From: Treponemataceae bacterium | Lineage (GTDB): Bacteria; Spirochaetota; Spirochaetia; Treponematales; Rectinemataceae | Direction: 5' to 3' | Assembly: GCA_963667725.2 (NCBI GenBank) | Contig: CAXXHO010000005.1 | Coordinates: forward strand, 800,001 to 864,000 | DNA length: 64,000 nt | Shown here: one piece after another, positions 9,151-17,938 of the stretch | How the letters are laid out: each line of letters begins with the position of its first letter | How positions within the stretch are numbered: position 1 is the stretch's first letter | Program-made: the position numbers and the translations under genes | Notes under the pieces: generated by a model | What the model saw: only the letters and a program-made list of their open reading frames with translations | What the model was told of the DNA's origin: nothing | Database searches by the model: none

Positions 9151-10596
9151 ATGAAACGCCACATCCTCGTTATCGCCATCGCGATCTGTCTGGCCATAGC
9201 CATGCCCGCGGCCGCGGGCTCGCTCTTCTTCACCGTCCTGCGTCCTTTCGTGCTGTATGACTCCACGCTGCCCGCCGATGTCGCCATGCCCAGCGCGGAG
9301 CTCTACGTGGACTACTATAAAACACCTGCCCTTCTCAACTTCGGATGGGAAATGACAAACAAGAACGTGGATATCGCGATCCGTTTCGATTTCCGCTACG
9401 ATTTTTGGGCATATATCACGTCTAATGCCCACACCAACATTCCCTTCGTCGAAAACGGCGCCAATCCCATCCTCGATTTCAATTACCCCACCGTGGGCTA
9501 CGCTTCCTGGGGGAACGACAAGGCTCTCGCTTCATTCGGTCGCCGTCAGCTCAAATGGGGTCCGGGCACCTACGATATCGCCCTTTCCGACGCAGCCCCC
9601 TACTTTGACAATCTCTGGGCGCAGTACAAGGCCAAGGCCAGCTACGGGACATGGTGGGCAAATTTCGTCGCCATCTCCATGGATCGCGCCGCGGCCAACG
9701 GTGGCAACTATTACTATCTCTACGAAAGCGCGCCTTCTTCGAACGCCGCTGAGCAGAAAACCGTCCTCGCCCATAGGATCGGCTTCGAAAACGACTTTCT
9801 GCGGGTGGGCTTTGGCGAACTCAACGTCGTCTACGGCGTGACCCCCGACCTTCAGGATATCGGACCTTTCCTTATTTACCACCACCTCTACCAAGACGCC
9901 AATTCGAACGTCCTCATGACCTTGAGCGCCGAAACGAAGGTGGGACCGGTGCGGGCATTCGGCGAATTCGTCATGGACGATCTCACGCTCGGCTTCGAGA
10001 ACTCCACCGATAAGCCGACGTCGATGGGCTGGTTCCTGGGCGCCGAGATCGGCCTTTTCGGCAAGGAGACGTACGTTTCGGAAAGAATCGCGGAAGCGGA
10101 TTACGCCTTAAAAGAAGCCACGTTTGCCGAACCTCGGGGGCTCACCCTTGGCTTCGAGCATTACAGGACGACGACCTATCTCTATAACCGTTCGGAGGAC
10201 GCGGGAAAATTCACCGTCCCCGACCATCGCTTCACCATGGGCAATGGGTACGTTGATGATCCGGCCGCCTACTTTATCGGATTCCTGTATGGACCCAATA
10301 CCTCGCTGGACATGTTGACGTTCCGGCACGAATCCAAAAACGCCAAGGCTTCGCTATTTCTCAAGCGGCTCAGGCAGGGCTCCTACGGCATCCTGGACGA
10401 TTATATCTCAGGCTCGAACACCCTGGACTGGTACGCGCTCACCGAGCCAATCGCCCAAACATGGATCGTGGAGTTTGCCGGCGACTACTCGTTTTCGGAG
10501 CGCCTGCGAATCGAAACCCAGGCTTCGGCGGCCTTCGGCGACGAGCCCGGCATCAGGCTGGGCGCCGGCGCCTCCTGGAGGCTGGACGCGCGCTGA
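9151..10596 (+). CDS. Exported protein, probable outer-membrane beta-barrel (Wzi-like)
   Basis: Signal peptide, aromatic-rich amphipathic strands, FGRRQLKWGPG resembling the Wzi GR..WGPG motif. Confidence 0.55.
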   Translation: MKRHILVIAIAICLAIAMPAAAGSLFFTVLRPFVLYDSTLPADVAMPSAELYVDYYKTPALLNFGWEMTNKNVDIAIRFDFRYDFWAYITSNAHTNIPFVENGANPILDFNYPTVGYASWGNDKALASFGRRQLKWGPGTYDIALSDAAPYFDNLWAQYKAKASYGTWWANFVAISMDRAAANGGNYYYLYESAPSSNAAEQKTVLAHRIGFENDFLRVGFGELNVVYGVTPDLQDIGPFLIYHHLYQDANSNVLMTLSAETKVGPVRAFGEFVMDDLTLGFENSTDKPTSMGWFLGAEIGLFGKETYVSERIAEADYALKEATFAEPRGLTLGFEHYRTTTYLYNRSEDAGKFTVPDHRFTMGNGYVDDPAAYFIGFLYGPNTSLDMLTFRHESKNAKASLFLKRLRQGSYGILDDYISGSNTLDWYALTEPIAQTWIVEFAGDYSFSERLRIETQASAAFGDEPGIRLGAGASWRLDAR

Positions 10597-12140
10597 GCGG
10601 CGAAGCAAAGAGGCTCCAGGCTCCCGCCATATGCGACAAACGCGGCAAGCACGGCCGGATCGAAATGCTCCGGCCTGGTTCGGCCATCCCCTCGCGTAAT
10701 TATCTCGAATGCTCTCTCGTGGCTCATCGCCGGTTTGTATGCCCTCACGTTCCTGAGCGCGTCGTACTGGTCGGCGACGGCGGTAATACGCGCCTCCAGC
10801 GGAATTTCCTCGCCCTTCAACCCACAGGGGTATCCGCTTCCATCCCATCTCTCGTGATGGGAACTGGCTATCCTGTTCGCCATGCGGAGTCTTTCATGCG
10901 CGCCGATTATCTTAGCTCCGTATAGTGTGTGCATTTTCATTATTTCAAATTCTTCGACCGAAAGGCTTCCCCGTTTCTTCAGTATTTCCCTGGGTATCTG
11001 GATCTTCCCGACATCGTGCAGCTGCGCCTGCATCCCGATGCTTTCAACGAAACCCGCATCCATCCCCATGGCCTCCGCCAGAAATGAAGCGTATTTCCCC
11101 ACCCGCAAGATATGCTCGCCCGTGTCATCATCATTGGCCTCCGCCACGCGGGCCAATGTAAACACGATATAATCGAAGGCTTTTCCCGTTTCCTGCATCT
11201 CGGAGGCGATGGAGCGGAGAAACATGATCTGCATCGCGATAGCCTTCAACACGATGGCATCCTGGTCGTCGACCGGCTTCTTGAGACCGTAGGAAACTAG
11301 ACACAGCCCGCCTCCTGCCCTACAAATCAAGTTGCCCAAACGGATTCCCTCTTTCGCGAAGGTCGACGATGCCAAGGCGGCTTCGGAGGAAGAACTTAGC
11401 CCGTCGTTCATATACAGCACCCTTGGTTGTCCGTCCAGAAGGAATGAAAATTCTTCAGCCCGAAATCTTTCGCCCGTCTCGACGGCTCCGGGGCCGGTCA
11501 TATCGTAGTGTATCCAGCCCGTTTCCGTCGTACCTACCAGCATCCCTTGGGTCCCGCGCTTCCATCCGACGCTCGCGCCCTTTATCAGCGCATCTATTTC
11601 CGAGAAAAAATTTAATCGGCCCGTCGTCGATGAGCCTGAGGCCCTATTGCCCCTTTCCGCCAGCCCCGCGAGCATGCCGAACAGGGAAACAAGCTTCGAA
11701 TTCTGCTCTTTTATTTCGATGAGTTTCCTTATCCTCGCCAGAACCTCCAAGGATCCGAAAGGCTTGGTGACGAAATCTTCGGCTCCCGCCTCAATGCTCC
11801 TTATTTTTTCTTCCCTTGAGGACAATGCGGTGATCATGATGACCGGAAGGTTGGATGTGTCCGGGGAAGCTTTTATGCGGCGGCACACTTCATACCCATC
11901 GATGCTGGGCATCATGACGTCGAGGAGGACGAGATCGATTTCTTCATGTTTGAGGATAGAGAGTGCCTGGTCCCCGTCGGCCGCGCAGATGACTTCATAT
12001 CCGGATGACCCGAGAATTGCCTCGAGGAGTTCCAAATTCAGCGGTTCATCATCCACACACAGAATTTTCGCCCTAGTCGTCGTTGCTGTATCGTGGCGAT
12101 TTCGGAAATCACTGCCTTCTTCTGGAATTGTCCGCTGCAT
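10485..12140 (-). CDS. Response regulator with HD-GYP phosphodiesterase domain (RpfG-like)
   Basis: N-terminal receiver; TGEHILRV, LHDVGKI, HHERWDGSGYP, VADQYDAL. Confidence 0.9.
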   Translation of the reverse strand: MQRTIPEEGSDFRNRHDTATTTRAKILCVDDEPLNLELLEAILGSSGYEVICAADGDQALSILKHEEIDLVLLDVMMPSIDGYEVCRRIKASPDTSNLPVIMITALSSREEKIRSIEAGAEDFVTKPFGSLEVLARIRKLIEIKEQNSKLVSLFGMLAGLAERGNRASGSSTTGRLNFFSEIDALIKGASVGWKRGTQGMLVGTTETGWIHYDMTGPGAVETGERFRAEEFSFLLDGQPRVLYMNDGLSSSSEAALASSTFAKEGIRLGNLICRAGGGLCLVSYGLKKPVDDQDAIVLKAIAMQIMFLRSIASEMQETGKAFDYIVFTLARVAEANDDDTGEHILRVGKYASFLAEAMGMDAGFVESIGMQAQLHDVGKIQIPREILKKRGSLSVEEFEIMKMHTLYGAKIIGAHERLRMANRIASSHHERWDGSGYPCGLKGEEIPLEARITAVADQYDALRNVRAYKPAMSHERAFEIITRGDGRTRPEHFDPAVLAAFVAYGGSLEPLCFAAQRASSLQEAPAPSLMPGSSPKAAEAWVSIRRRSENE

Positions 12141-12143
12141 GGG

Positions 12144-12515
12144 TTATTTTTTCCCGATGAACTGGCTGATTTCTTGCGCGAAGGTGTGTGTACTGATGGG
12201 TTTCCCGATAAACCCGGTATTGGAAATGGTTTTTATCTCCTCCTTGCCGTCGGGCATCACGGAGGCGGTCACAAATATAATGGGAATCGTCCGGGTCTCT
12301 TCGTATCCGCGCAGCAGCAAGGCGGCTTCAGAACCGCGGATATCCGGAAGGCGAACGTCCATGATGATGACATCCGGCCTTTCCTTCCTTGCTAAAGCGA
12401 TTCCGCTGCTGGCGTCTTTCGCCTCGAACACCTCGAAGCCGGCGATTTCCAGGAGATCCTTTTCCAGAAGCAGATTGTTGTCGTTGTCGTCGACGACCAA
12501 TGCTTTTAATTTCAT
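12144..12515 (-). CDS. Single-domain response regulator (DivK-like)
   Basis: LVVDDN, IIMDVRLP, FVTAS, GKP. Confidence 0.9.
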   Translation of the reverse strand: MKLKALVVDDNDNNLLLEKDLLEIAGFEVFEAKDASSGIALARKERPDVIIMDVRLPDIRGSEAALLLRGYEETRTIPIIFVTASVMPDGKEEIKTISNTGFIGKPISTHTFAQEISQFIGKK

Positions 12516-12516
12516 A

Positions 12517-14805
12517 TCAAGCCACCTTGGCGGAAATAATAGGCAAGGAAAAGTGAATCAGCGTACCTTTATCCAAGCCTTCTGAGGTCGCGGACAATTC
12601 TCCGCCGTGCAGTTCGACCATCTTTTTGGAGAGCGGCAACCCCAGCCCTGTGCCCTCGGTCACCCTCGAATAGGGAGTATCCACGCGGAAAAAACCTTCG
12701 AATATTTTCCCCATATTTTCGGGGGCAATGCCAATGCCGGTATCCCAGACATCGATCACGATATCGGGACCGGCTTTTTTCGCTCGCATGCCGATCACTC
12801 CCCCCTCGGGCGTGAACTTCACCGCGTTCGAAAGCAGGTTGTAGATGATCTCCTTGACCTTCAGTTCATCGGCTTCAATATCCGGCAGGTCCTCCGGTAT
12901 CTCCAGGACCATCTGAAGATTCTTTTTTCTCACCATGTCCGCCACAAGCAGGGAAATCTCATTCAATAGGCTTTTTGTGGGCAGGATGGACAGCGCGAGC
13001 TTCATCTTCCCGGCTTCGACCTTCGCCATATCGAGAATCTGATTTATGAGAAGGAGAAGATGTTTCCCGCTGACCAGTACGTTGTTGACATATTTCTTCT
13101 GTTTTTCGTTGAGCGTCCCGAATATCTCGTCATACAGCACTTCAGAGAAACCGTTTATCGAATTGAGGGGTGTCCTGAGTTCATGCGACATGTTCGCCAG
13201 GAACTCGGATTTCGCCCGGGCGGTCCGCTTCAGCTCGGTCGTCAACTCCTCCAGTTCCTCATGGGCCTTTTCAAGCCCTTTTTCAACTTTCCTTCGCTCG
13301 GTGATGTCCTCGATTGCCAGAAGGATTATCTTTTCCTTCCCCGACATTCTCTGGATCTGCCGAGCGTTCAGCAGCATGACTCGTCTCCCGATATCCGCGA
13401 AGTCGTGCTCAACTTCATAGTTTCCGAAAGTCGCCTTCTGGGGGAGGATGTTTTCGAGCAGTTCCCGCAGTTTCGGGATATCCCACTGCTTGTTGCCCAG
13501 ATCGTAGATGAGCTGGCCCACGGTCTCCTCGGGCTTAACCTTGAAGACTTCGTAGAATGAACGGCTGGCCGATACAACCCGTAAATCCTGATCGAGGGAT
13601 ATAAGGGGTTCGCGCACCGTGTTGATGATGCTTTCGGAGTACTCGCGGGCAACATCAGCCGTTCGCTTCACAAATTCCAGTTCTTTGTTGGCTTTGCTCA
13701 AGCCAATTTCCGTTTCCCTGTGTTCCGTTACATTGCGAAAGACCATCACGGCACCGATCAGCGCGCTCTCGCGATTTCGAATCGGCGCGCAGTTGTCGGC
13801 GATACTGTATTCCTGGCCTGTACGCGAGATTAAAATAGTGTGGTTTGCCATTCCTTGTATCGTGCCGTTGGCCAAAGTATCGGCTATCGGCATTTTGATG
13901 GGTTGGCGTGTTTCCTCGTTGATGATGCGGAAGATCTCTTCCATAGGGCGGCCATTTGCTTCCGCCAACGTCCATCCGGTTAGCTTTTCGGCGAGCGGAT
14001 TCAGAAGTGTCACGCATCCACCCGAATCGGTGGCAAGCACCGCATCGCCGATGGAGTTGAGCGTGGCGGTGAGCTTCCCCTCGCTGGCTTGCAAGGTCAC
14101 ATTGGCATGCCGCAGCTGATTGTTCAGATCCTCCTGGATCTCCAGCAGATGCAGTGTTTCGGCATGAACCAGGTTCTTCAGCTGATTCTTAGTTTCTTTA
14201 TAGATGAATCTCATGAATAAGAACGCATACAAAAGAGAAAATAGATTAAGGGTTATGATGGTTATGAGCAGATACCCCATGTTCGATTGAAATTTTTCGT
14301 CATGCCGCGCTAACACGTCTTGTTCTTTCCGGATAAAGCCGTTCATTTCGGTACGGATCGAATCCATCAGCGATTTACCCTGGCTGCCCCGTATATTCGC
14401 CAGCGCAGCGGACAGGTCGTTGTTGCGGCGCAACTGGATATTGAGCGACAATTCCGCCAGCTTGGCTTCTATCATCGGCGCAAGCGTATCCAGATATTCG
14501 TAGGCAGGGGCGGTCAATGGAGTTCTGCGCAGTTCCGCTAGGTGAGCGGTGACGCCGTCGCGCACTCCCAAGAACGGTTCCAGAAAGGTCTCGTCACCGG
14601 TTAGAAGATAACCGCGCTCGCCGGTTTCAGCGTCTATGAGCAAAGACATAAGCGTATTCGCGTTGTCCAGTACGTCGGTGGCATGTTTCCTGCCATCCGC
14701 TTCTTCTTTTATTTTACTGAAAGCCCACAGCGAAACCAGCACCATCACGAATACCACCAGCGCCATTCCCGCGAGAAATGCGAAATTCTTTCGGGCAATT
14801 TTCAT
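12517..14805 (-). CDS. Membrane sensor histidine kinase (CHASE3-PAS-PAS-HisKA-HATPase)
   Basis: DAETGERGYLLTG CHASE3 motif between two TMs, two PAS domains, H-box MSHELRTPL, N-box NLLSNAVKF, G boxes. Confidence 0.92.
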   Translation of the reverse strand: MKIARKNFAFLAGMALVVFVMVLVSLWAFSKIKEEADGRKHATDVLDNANTLMSLLIDAETGERGYLLTGDETFLEPFLGVRDGVTAHLAELRRTPLTAPAYEYLDTLAPMIEAKLAELSLNIQLRRNNDLSAALANIRGSQGKSLMDSIRTEMNGFIRKEQDVLARHDEKFQSNMGYLLITIITLNLFSLLYAFLFMRFIYKETKNQLKNLVHAETLHLLEIQEDLNNQLRHANVTLQASEGKLTATLNSIGDAVLATDSGGCVTLLNPLAEKLTGWTLAEANGRPMEEIFRIINEETRQPIKMPIADTLANGTIQGMANHTILISRTGQEYSIADNCAPIRNRESALIGAVMVFRNVTEHRETEIGLSKANKELEFVKRTADVAREYSESIINTVREPLISLDQDLRVVSASRSFYEVFKVKPEETVGQLIYDLGNKQWDIPKLRELLENILPQKATFGNYEVEHDFADIGRRVMLLNARQIQRMSGKEKIILLAIEDITERRKVEKGLEKAHEELEELTTELKRTARAKSEFLANMSHELRTPLNSINGFSEVLYDEIFGTLNEKQKKYVNNVLVSGKHLLLLINQILDMAKVEAGKMKLALSILPTKSLLNEISLLVADMVRKKNLQMVLEIPEDLPDIEADELKVKEIIYNLLSNAVKFTPEGGVIGMRAKKAGPDIVIDVWDTGIGIAPENMGKIFEGFFRVDTPYSRVTEGTGLGLPLSKKMVELHGGELSATSEGLDKGTLIHFSLPIISAKVA

Positions 14806-14933
14806 ATGATGCTGGTTCTCCCTCTATGGAAAGTCTCCCGCTGACGTTATGCCAGCGGCCGGGGTTATCGTTCGAACGCCTCCGCTGATCGCCCATGACA
14901 ATACAAAAGATCGGAATTGGGCAGGGAATAGTC

Positions 14934-14985
14934 TGTATGCCAGCGCACATAGTCAATGAATCTTTCATATGTGCTCTATCGAACA
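14934..14985. promoter_or_regulatory. Back-to-back pair of Crp-family operator-like sites
   Basis: Minus-strand TGTGCGCTGGCATACA (14934-14949); plus-strand TGTGCTCTATCGAACA (14970-14985), followed 21 bp later by TATGCT (15007-15012). Confidence 0.65.
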
Positions 14986-15128
14986 GATAAATTCCTGGCG
15001 TCGTCGTATGCTGAATTTCATTGAGCGGGGAATATGTAGGCCCGTATCCTGCCGATTTGAGGCATTTATACGTGACGGCATTGTAGCCTGCAGACGATCT
15101 GGAACAGATTTCCAGAAAGGAGCTAGAA

Positions 15129-15962
15129 ATGGCGAAGAAGTTGAAGGTCGCATTACTCGCGATCGCGGTGATTAGTCTCATTATAGGTCTCACGGCTTGC
15201 GCCGGGGCGCCAGCTCCTGTTGACAAGTCGAAAGCGGAGCTGGTTACGTACGTACCGGAAACCAAGGTTAAAAAAGCATATCAGGTGCTCAACGACGGGA
15301 TGTATGTGTTGGAAGGCGTCGTCAGGACGGAAGACGGACAGCTGGCCGACTGCGACATCGAAGAGATAAATACGATGCTGGTCTGGGGAAATTTCGCATC
15401 GAACAAGATCACCAAGGATGAGATGGCGAAGCTGGGAGAAGACAACATGTTTACGGCCTTGTTTAAAGGACATGGAACTGCCGTGCCTACTCAATTCGCC
15501 AAATATGTCCAAGTAGGGGATATAGTCTTCACCGCAAGCGCCGACGCTAATGGGCAGATCATCTATACATCCGATACGACCGGTGAAGTAGTTTCATATT
15601 TTACGAAGAGCGAAGACAACATAGCCTTGTTTTTCAAGGAGATGCGTTTCGGGAATTACTGGCTGCTGAAAAAAGTTGACAAGGGTTACGAAAAATTCGA
15701 AATCGCTTCTTTCTTCCAGGATATCCCAGGCGCCACTCTCGAAAAGAGCAAAAGCCAGAACAAAAAATATTGCATGCACTGGGACAACTGGGTTCCCAAC
15801 ATCTACAAAATCGAAACCTTCTTCAAGACAAATGGCTTTATCTCCGGGAACTTCAAACAGGGCTCCGACGGAACGTGGGCTGTCGCGGATGTCGTCACCG
15901 GAGCTACAATAGCTGAGTTCGAAGGATATGCCGGAATCCTGTACAAGGCGAACAGCAAATAA
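15129..15962 (+). CDS. Lipoprotein of unknown function with a C-terminal flavinylation-like motif
   Basis: Lipobox LTAC; DVVTGAT near the C-terminus; AAGGAG RBS. Confidence 0.7.
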   Translation: MAKKLKVALLAIAVISLIIGLTACAGAPAPVDKSKAELVTYVPETKVKKAYQVLNDGMYVLEGVVRTEDGQLADCDIEEINTMLVWGNFASNKITKDEMAKLGEDNMFTALFKGHGTAVPTQFAKYVQVGDIVFTASADANGQIIYTSDTTGEVVSYFTKSEDNIALFFKEMRFGNYWLLKKVDKGYEKFEIASFFQDIPGATLEKSKSQNKKYCMHWDNWVPNIYKIETFFKTNGFISGNFKQGSDGTWAVADVVTGATIAEFEGYAGILYKANSK

Positions 15963-16006
15963 AAACCGATTTATCATGTATCAGTGATTTGGATATACGA
16001 AGCAAG

Positions 16007-16047
16007 ACGGGCTGCCGACGATAGTGATCGTTTAGCAGCCCGTTTTT
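16007..16047 (+). terminator. Intrinsic terminator
   Basis: ACGGGCTGC/GCAGCCCGT stem followed by a T-run. Confidence 0.6.
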
Positions 16048-16132
16048 GTATCCGAAGCGTATGGTTGGTGCCACATAAACCTCGTCGGTTTTACGCCTGC
16101 CTATAAGGGAAAAAACGAGAAGTGAAAATACC

Positions 16133-16162
16133 TTGACGACGGCCGCCCTCGACCGGTATAGT
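16133..16162 (+). promoter_or_regulatory. Sigma70-type promoter for tRNA-Gly
   Basis: TTGACG-18 nt-TATAGT. Confidence 0.6.
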
Positions 16163-16205
16163 GACCTGTAAAAATCGCGTCGAGAGAAGCGACGCAGGTC
16201 CAATC

Positions 16206-16276
16206 GCGACCGTCGTATACCGGTATTACCCGAGCTTCCCAAGCTCGAGAAGCGGGTTCGACTCCCGTCGGTCGCT
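16206..16276 (+). tRNA. tRNA-Gly (anticodon CCC), CCA not encoded
   Basis: Acceptor stem GCGACCG/CGGTCGC, anticodon arm CGAGC-TTCCCAA-GCTCG, T-loop GGTTCGACTCC, discriminator T. Confidence 0.93.
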
Positions 16277-16373
16277 CTACGATAACGTCATTTTACGTTC
16301 GGTTTGGCGCTTCCGCCGGTTTTTCGATGGCTTCGCCGCCGCGCGCGTGGTAGAATCCCACGCGGAAACCCCC

Positions 16374-17375
16374 ATGGAAAAAATGTCAGCGCGGAAAGCA
16401 TCCGCCCGCCCACTTCTCTTCGCCGCCATACTATTCGCGCTCGTCGCGCAGTCCTGCGGGAACCTGTTCCCGCCTCCATCGCCTTACGACGAGAATCCGG
16501 ACGAGGCCGAGCGCCTGACCATACTGGCCGACATACATCTGCCCTATAAGGCTTCGAAGCTCGAAAACGCCGCCGAGGGCGAGGCGCGGACCGCCGCCAA
16601 GCTGGCCATGCGCGATGATATCAACGCCTGGACCGATACGAGTCGCGTCATCCTGACCGGAGACATGGTCGGCGAGCGGGGATGCCCGGATGAGTATGCC
16701 ATCGCGCTTTCCTATATTTCGGGCTTGAGCGGCCAGGTCCGCCCCATCGCTGGCAATCACGAGTACACCTATTCCGACGAGTTCGGCCCGACGGGGAGCC
16801 TCGTCCTCTGCGAGGCGGACGAGAGGGCGCGGAAACTGGAATATTTCAAGACCGCTATGGGATTGGAGTCCCTCCAGCGCGAAGAGGAGCTGGGCGGCTA
16901 CGAACTGATCTACCTTTCCTCCGATTCGCTCGACACGAGCCGCCGGGTCGGGATCTCGCCGGAGTCCCTCGCATGGCTCGACGATTGCCTATCCGCGCAC
17001 GCGTCGCTTCCGACGATTATTTTCTTCCACGCGCCGCTCAAGGGAACGCTAAACGTCAAGGGCAAGCCGGCTTCCGGAAATAGCGTCGCCCAACCCACGG
17101 ACGCGATCCACGAGATCCTCGGGCGCCATCCCCAGGCCTTCCTTTGGGTTTCGGGGCACACGCACACGAGGCCGAGCAACGCGTCCTTCGCGTCGCCAAT
17201 CAACCTGTACGATGGCCGCGTCATGAACATCCACTGCCCCGATTCGGATCGTATCGATCCTTGCACGAACTCCTTGTGGCTCTATCCCGACCATGTCCTG
17301 ATCAGAACCTACGATCATCGGCGAGGCGCCTGGCTCACGAGGCTGGACCGGCGCGTGGCGGCCTGGGGCCGTTAG
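16374..17375 (+). CDS. Calcineurin-like metallophosphoesterase, probable lipoprotein
   Basis: ADIH, TGD, GNHE, FFHAP and SGHTH motifs; signal peptide ending AQSC; start moved downstream of the tRNA (exact start uncertain). Confidence 0.85.
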   Translation: MEKMSARKASARPLLFAAILFALVAQSCGNLFPPPSPYDENPDEAERLTILADIHLPYKASKLENAAEGEARTAAKLAMRDDINAWTDTSRVILTGDMVGERGCPDEYAIALSYISGLSGQVRPIAGNHEYTYSDEFGPTGSLVLCEADERARKLEYFKTAMGLESLQREEELGGYELIYLSSDSLDTSRRVGISPESLAWLDDCLSAHASLPTIIFFHAPLKGTLNVKGKPASGNSVAQPTDAIHEILGRHPQAFLWVSGHTHTRPSNASFASPINLYDGRVMNIHCPDSDRIDPCTNSLWLYPDHVLIRTYDHRRGAWLTRLDRRVAAWGR

Positions 17376-17608
17376 TGTGCGGTAAGATCAATTCAACGAA
17401 GGCGGAATTAACGCGCTCCTTAGCGACAAGACAAGGCTTCCACACATGCTGCCAATTTCAGATCCTGTGAAAAACGAGGTGCGGGTGAACTGCAAGTGCC
17501 CGAAGGGGAGGACACTTCATATTATTGCAGATAACTATTCAATGCATATGACCAAAGAAGTGCGAGAGTATCTTGAATCCATTGATTTTGGATGATATGG
17601 CTTCCGGA

Positions 17609-17656
17609 GAGCTTCCCAAGCTCGAGAAGCGGGTTCGACTTTCGTCGGTCGCTCTA
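17609..17656 (+). repeat. Direct repeat of the 3' part of tRNA-Gly (att-like site)
   Basis: 48-bp copy of 16232-16279 with 2 mismatches (GACTCCCG vs GACTTTCG). Confidence 0.9.
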
Positions 17657-17857
17657 GAAACCAAAAGTCCGCGTAAAGCGAGCCTTTTCATTTTTACGGA
17701 AGAAATATCATAGTGAAGGAAAAAGTCTCGTTTGCATGGTTCCCCAATACATTATATATCGGAAATACGCCTTATAAAGTTATTTACGAGATAATGACCC
17801 CTCACCCAAGGCAAGCTATCCAATGCGATCAGGGTCAATTTTTAAGGTAGTATTTGC

Positions 17858-17905
17858 TTGACAACCAGAAAAATCAAAGACATACTCAAATAGCAAAACG
17901 TTTTG
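17858..17905 (+). promoter_or_regulatory. Sigma70 promoter plus LacI-type operator of the sugar operon
   Basis: TTGACA-17 nt-CATACT (17858-17886), then the CG-centred palindrome CAAAACGTTTTG (17894-17905). Confidence 0.7.
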
Positions 17906-17938
17906 ACAACGTTTGACAAAACCAAGGAGGTGAAAGTG

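Noticed and set aside
14825..14895. GC-rich hairpin upstream of the CHASE3 kinase as a c-di-GMP riboswitch
   Set aside because: I could not find the conserved class I or class II riboswitch elements; an Rfam/Infernal search would settle it
16161..16373. N-terminal extension of the phosphoesterase ORF
   Set aside because: Overlaps tRNA-Gly; the signal peptide begins near 16374
17609..17656. Second tRNA-Gly gene
   Set aside because: Lacks the 5' acceptor strand and D-arm, and the T-stem is disrupted; treated as an att-like repeat
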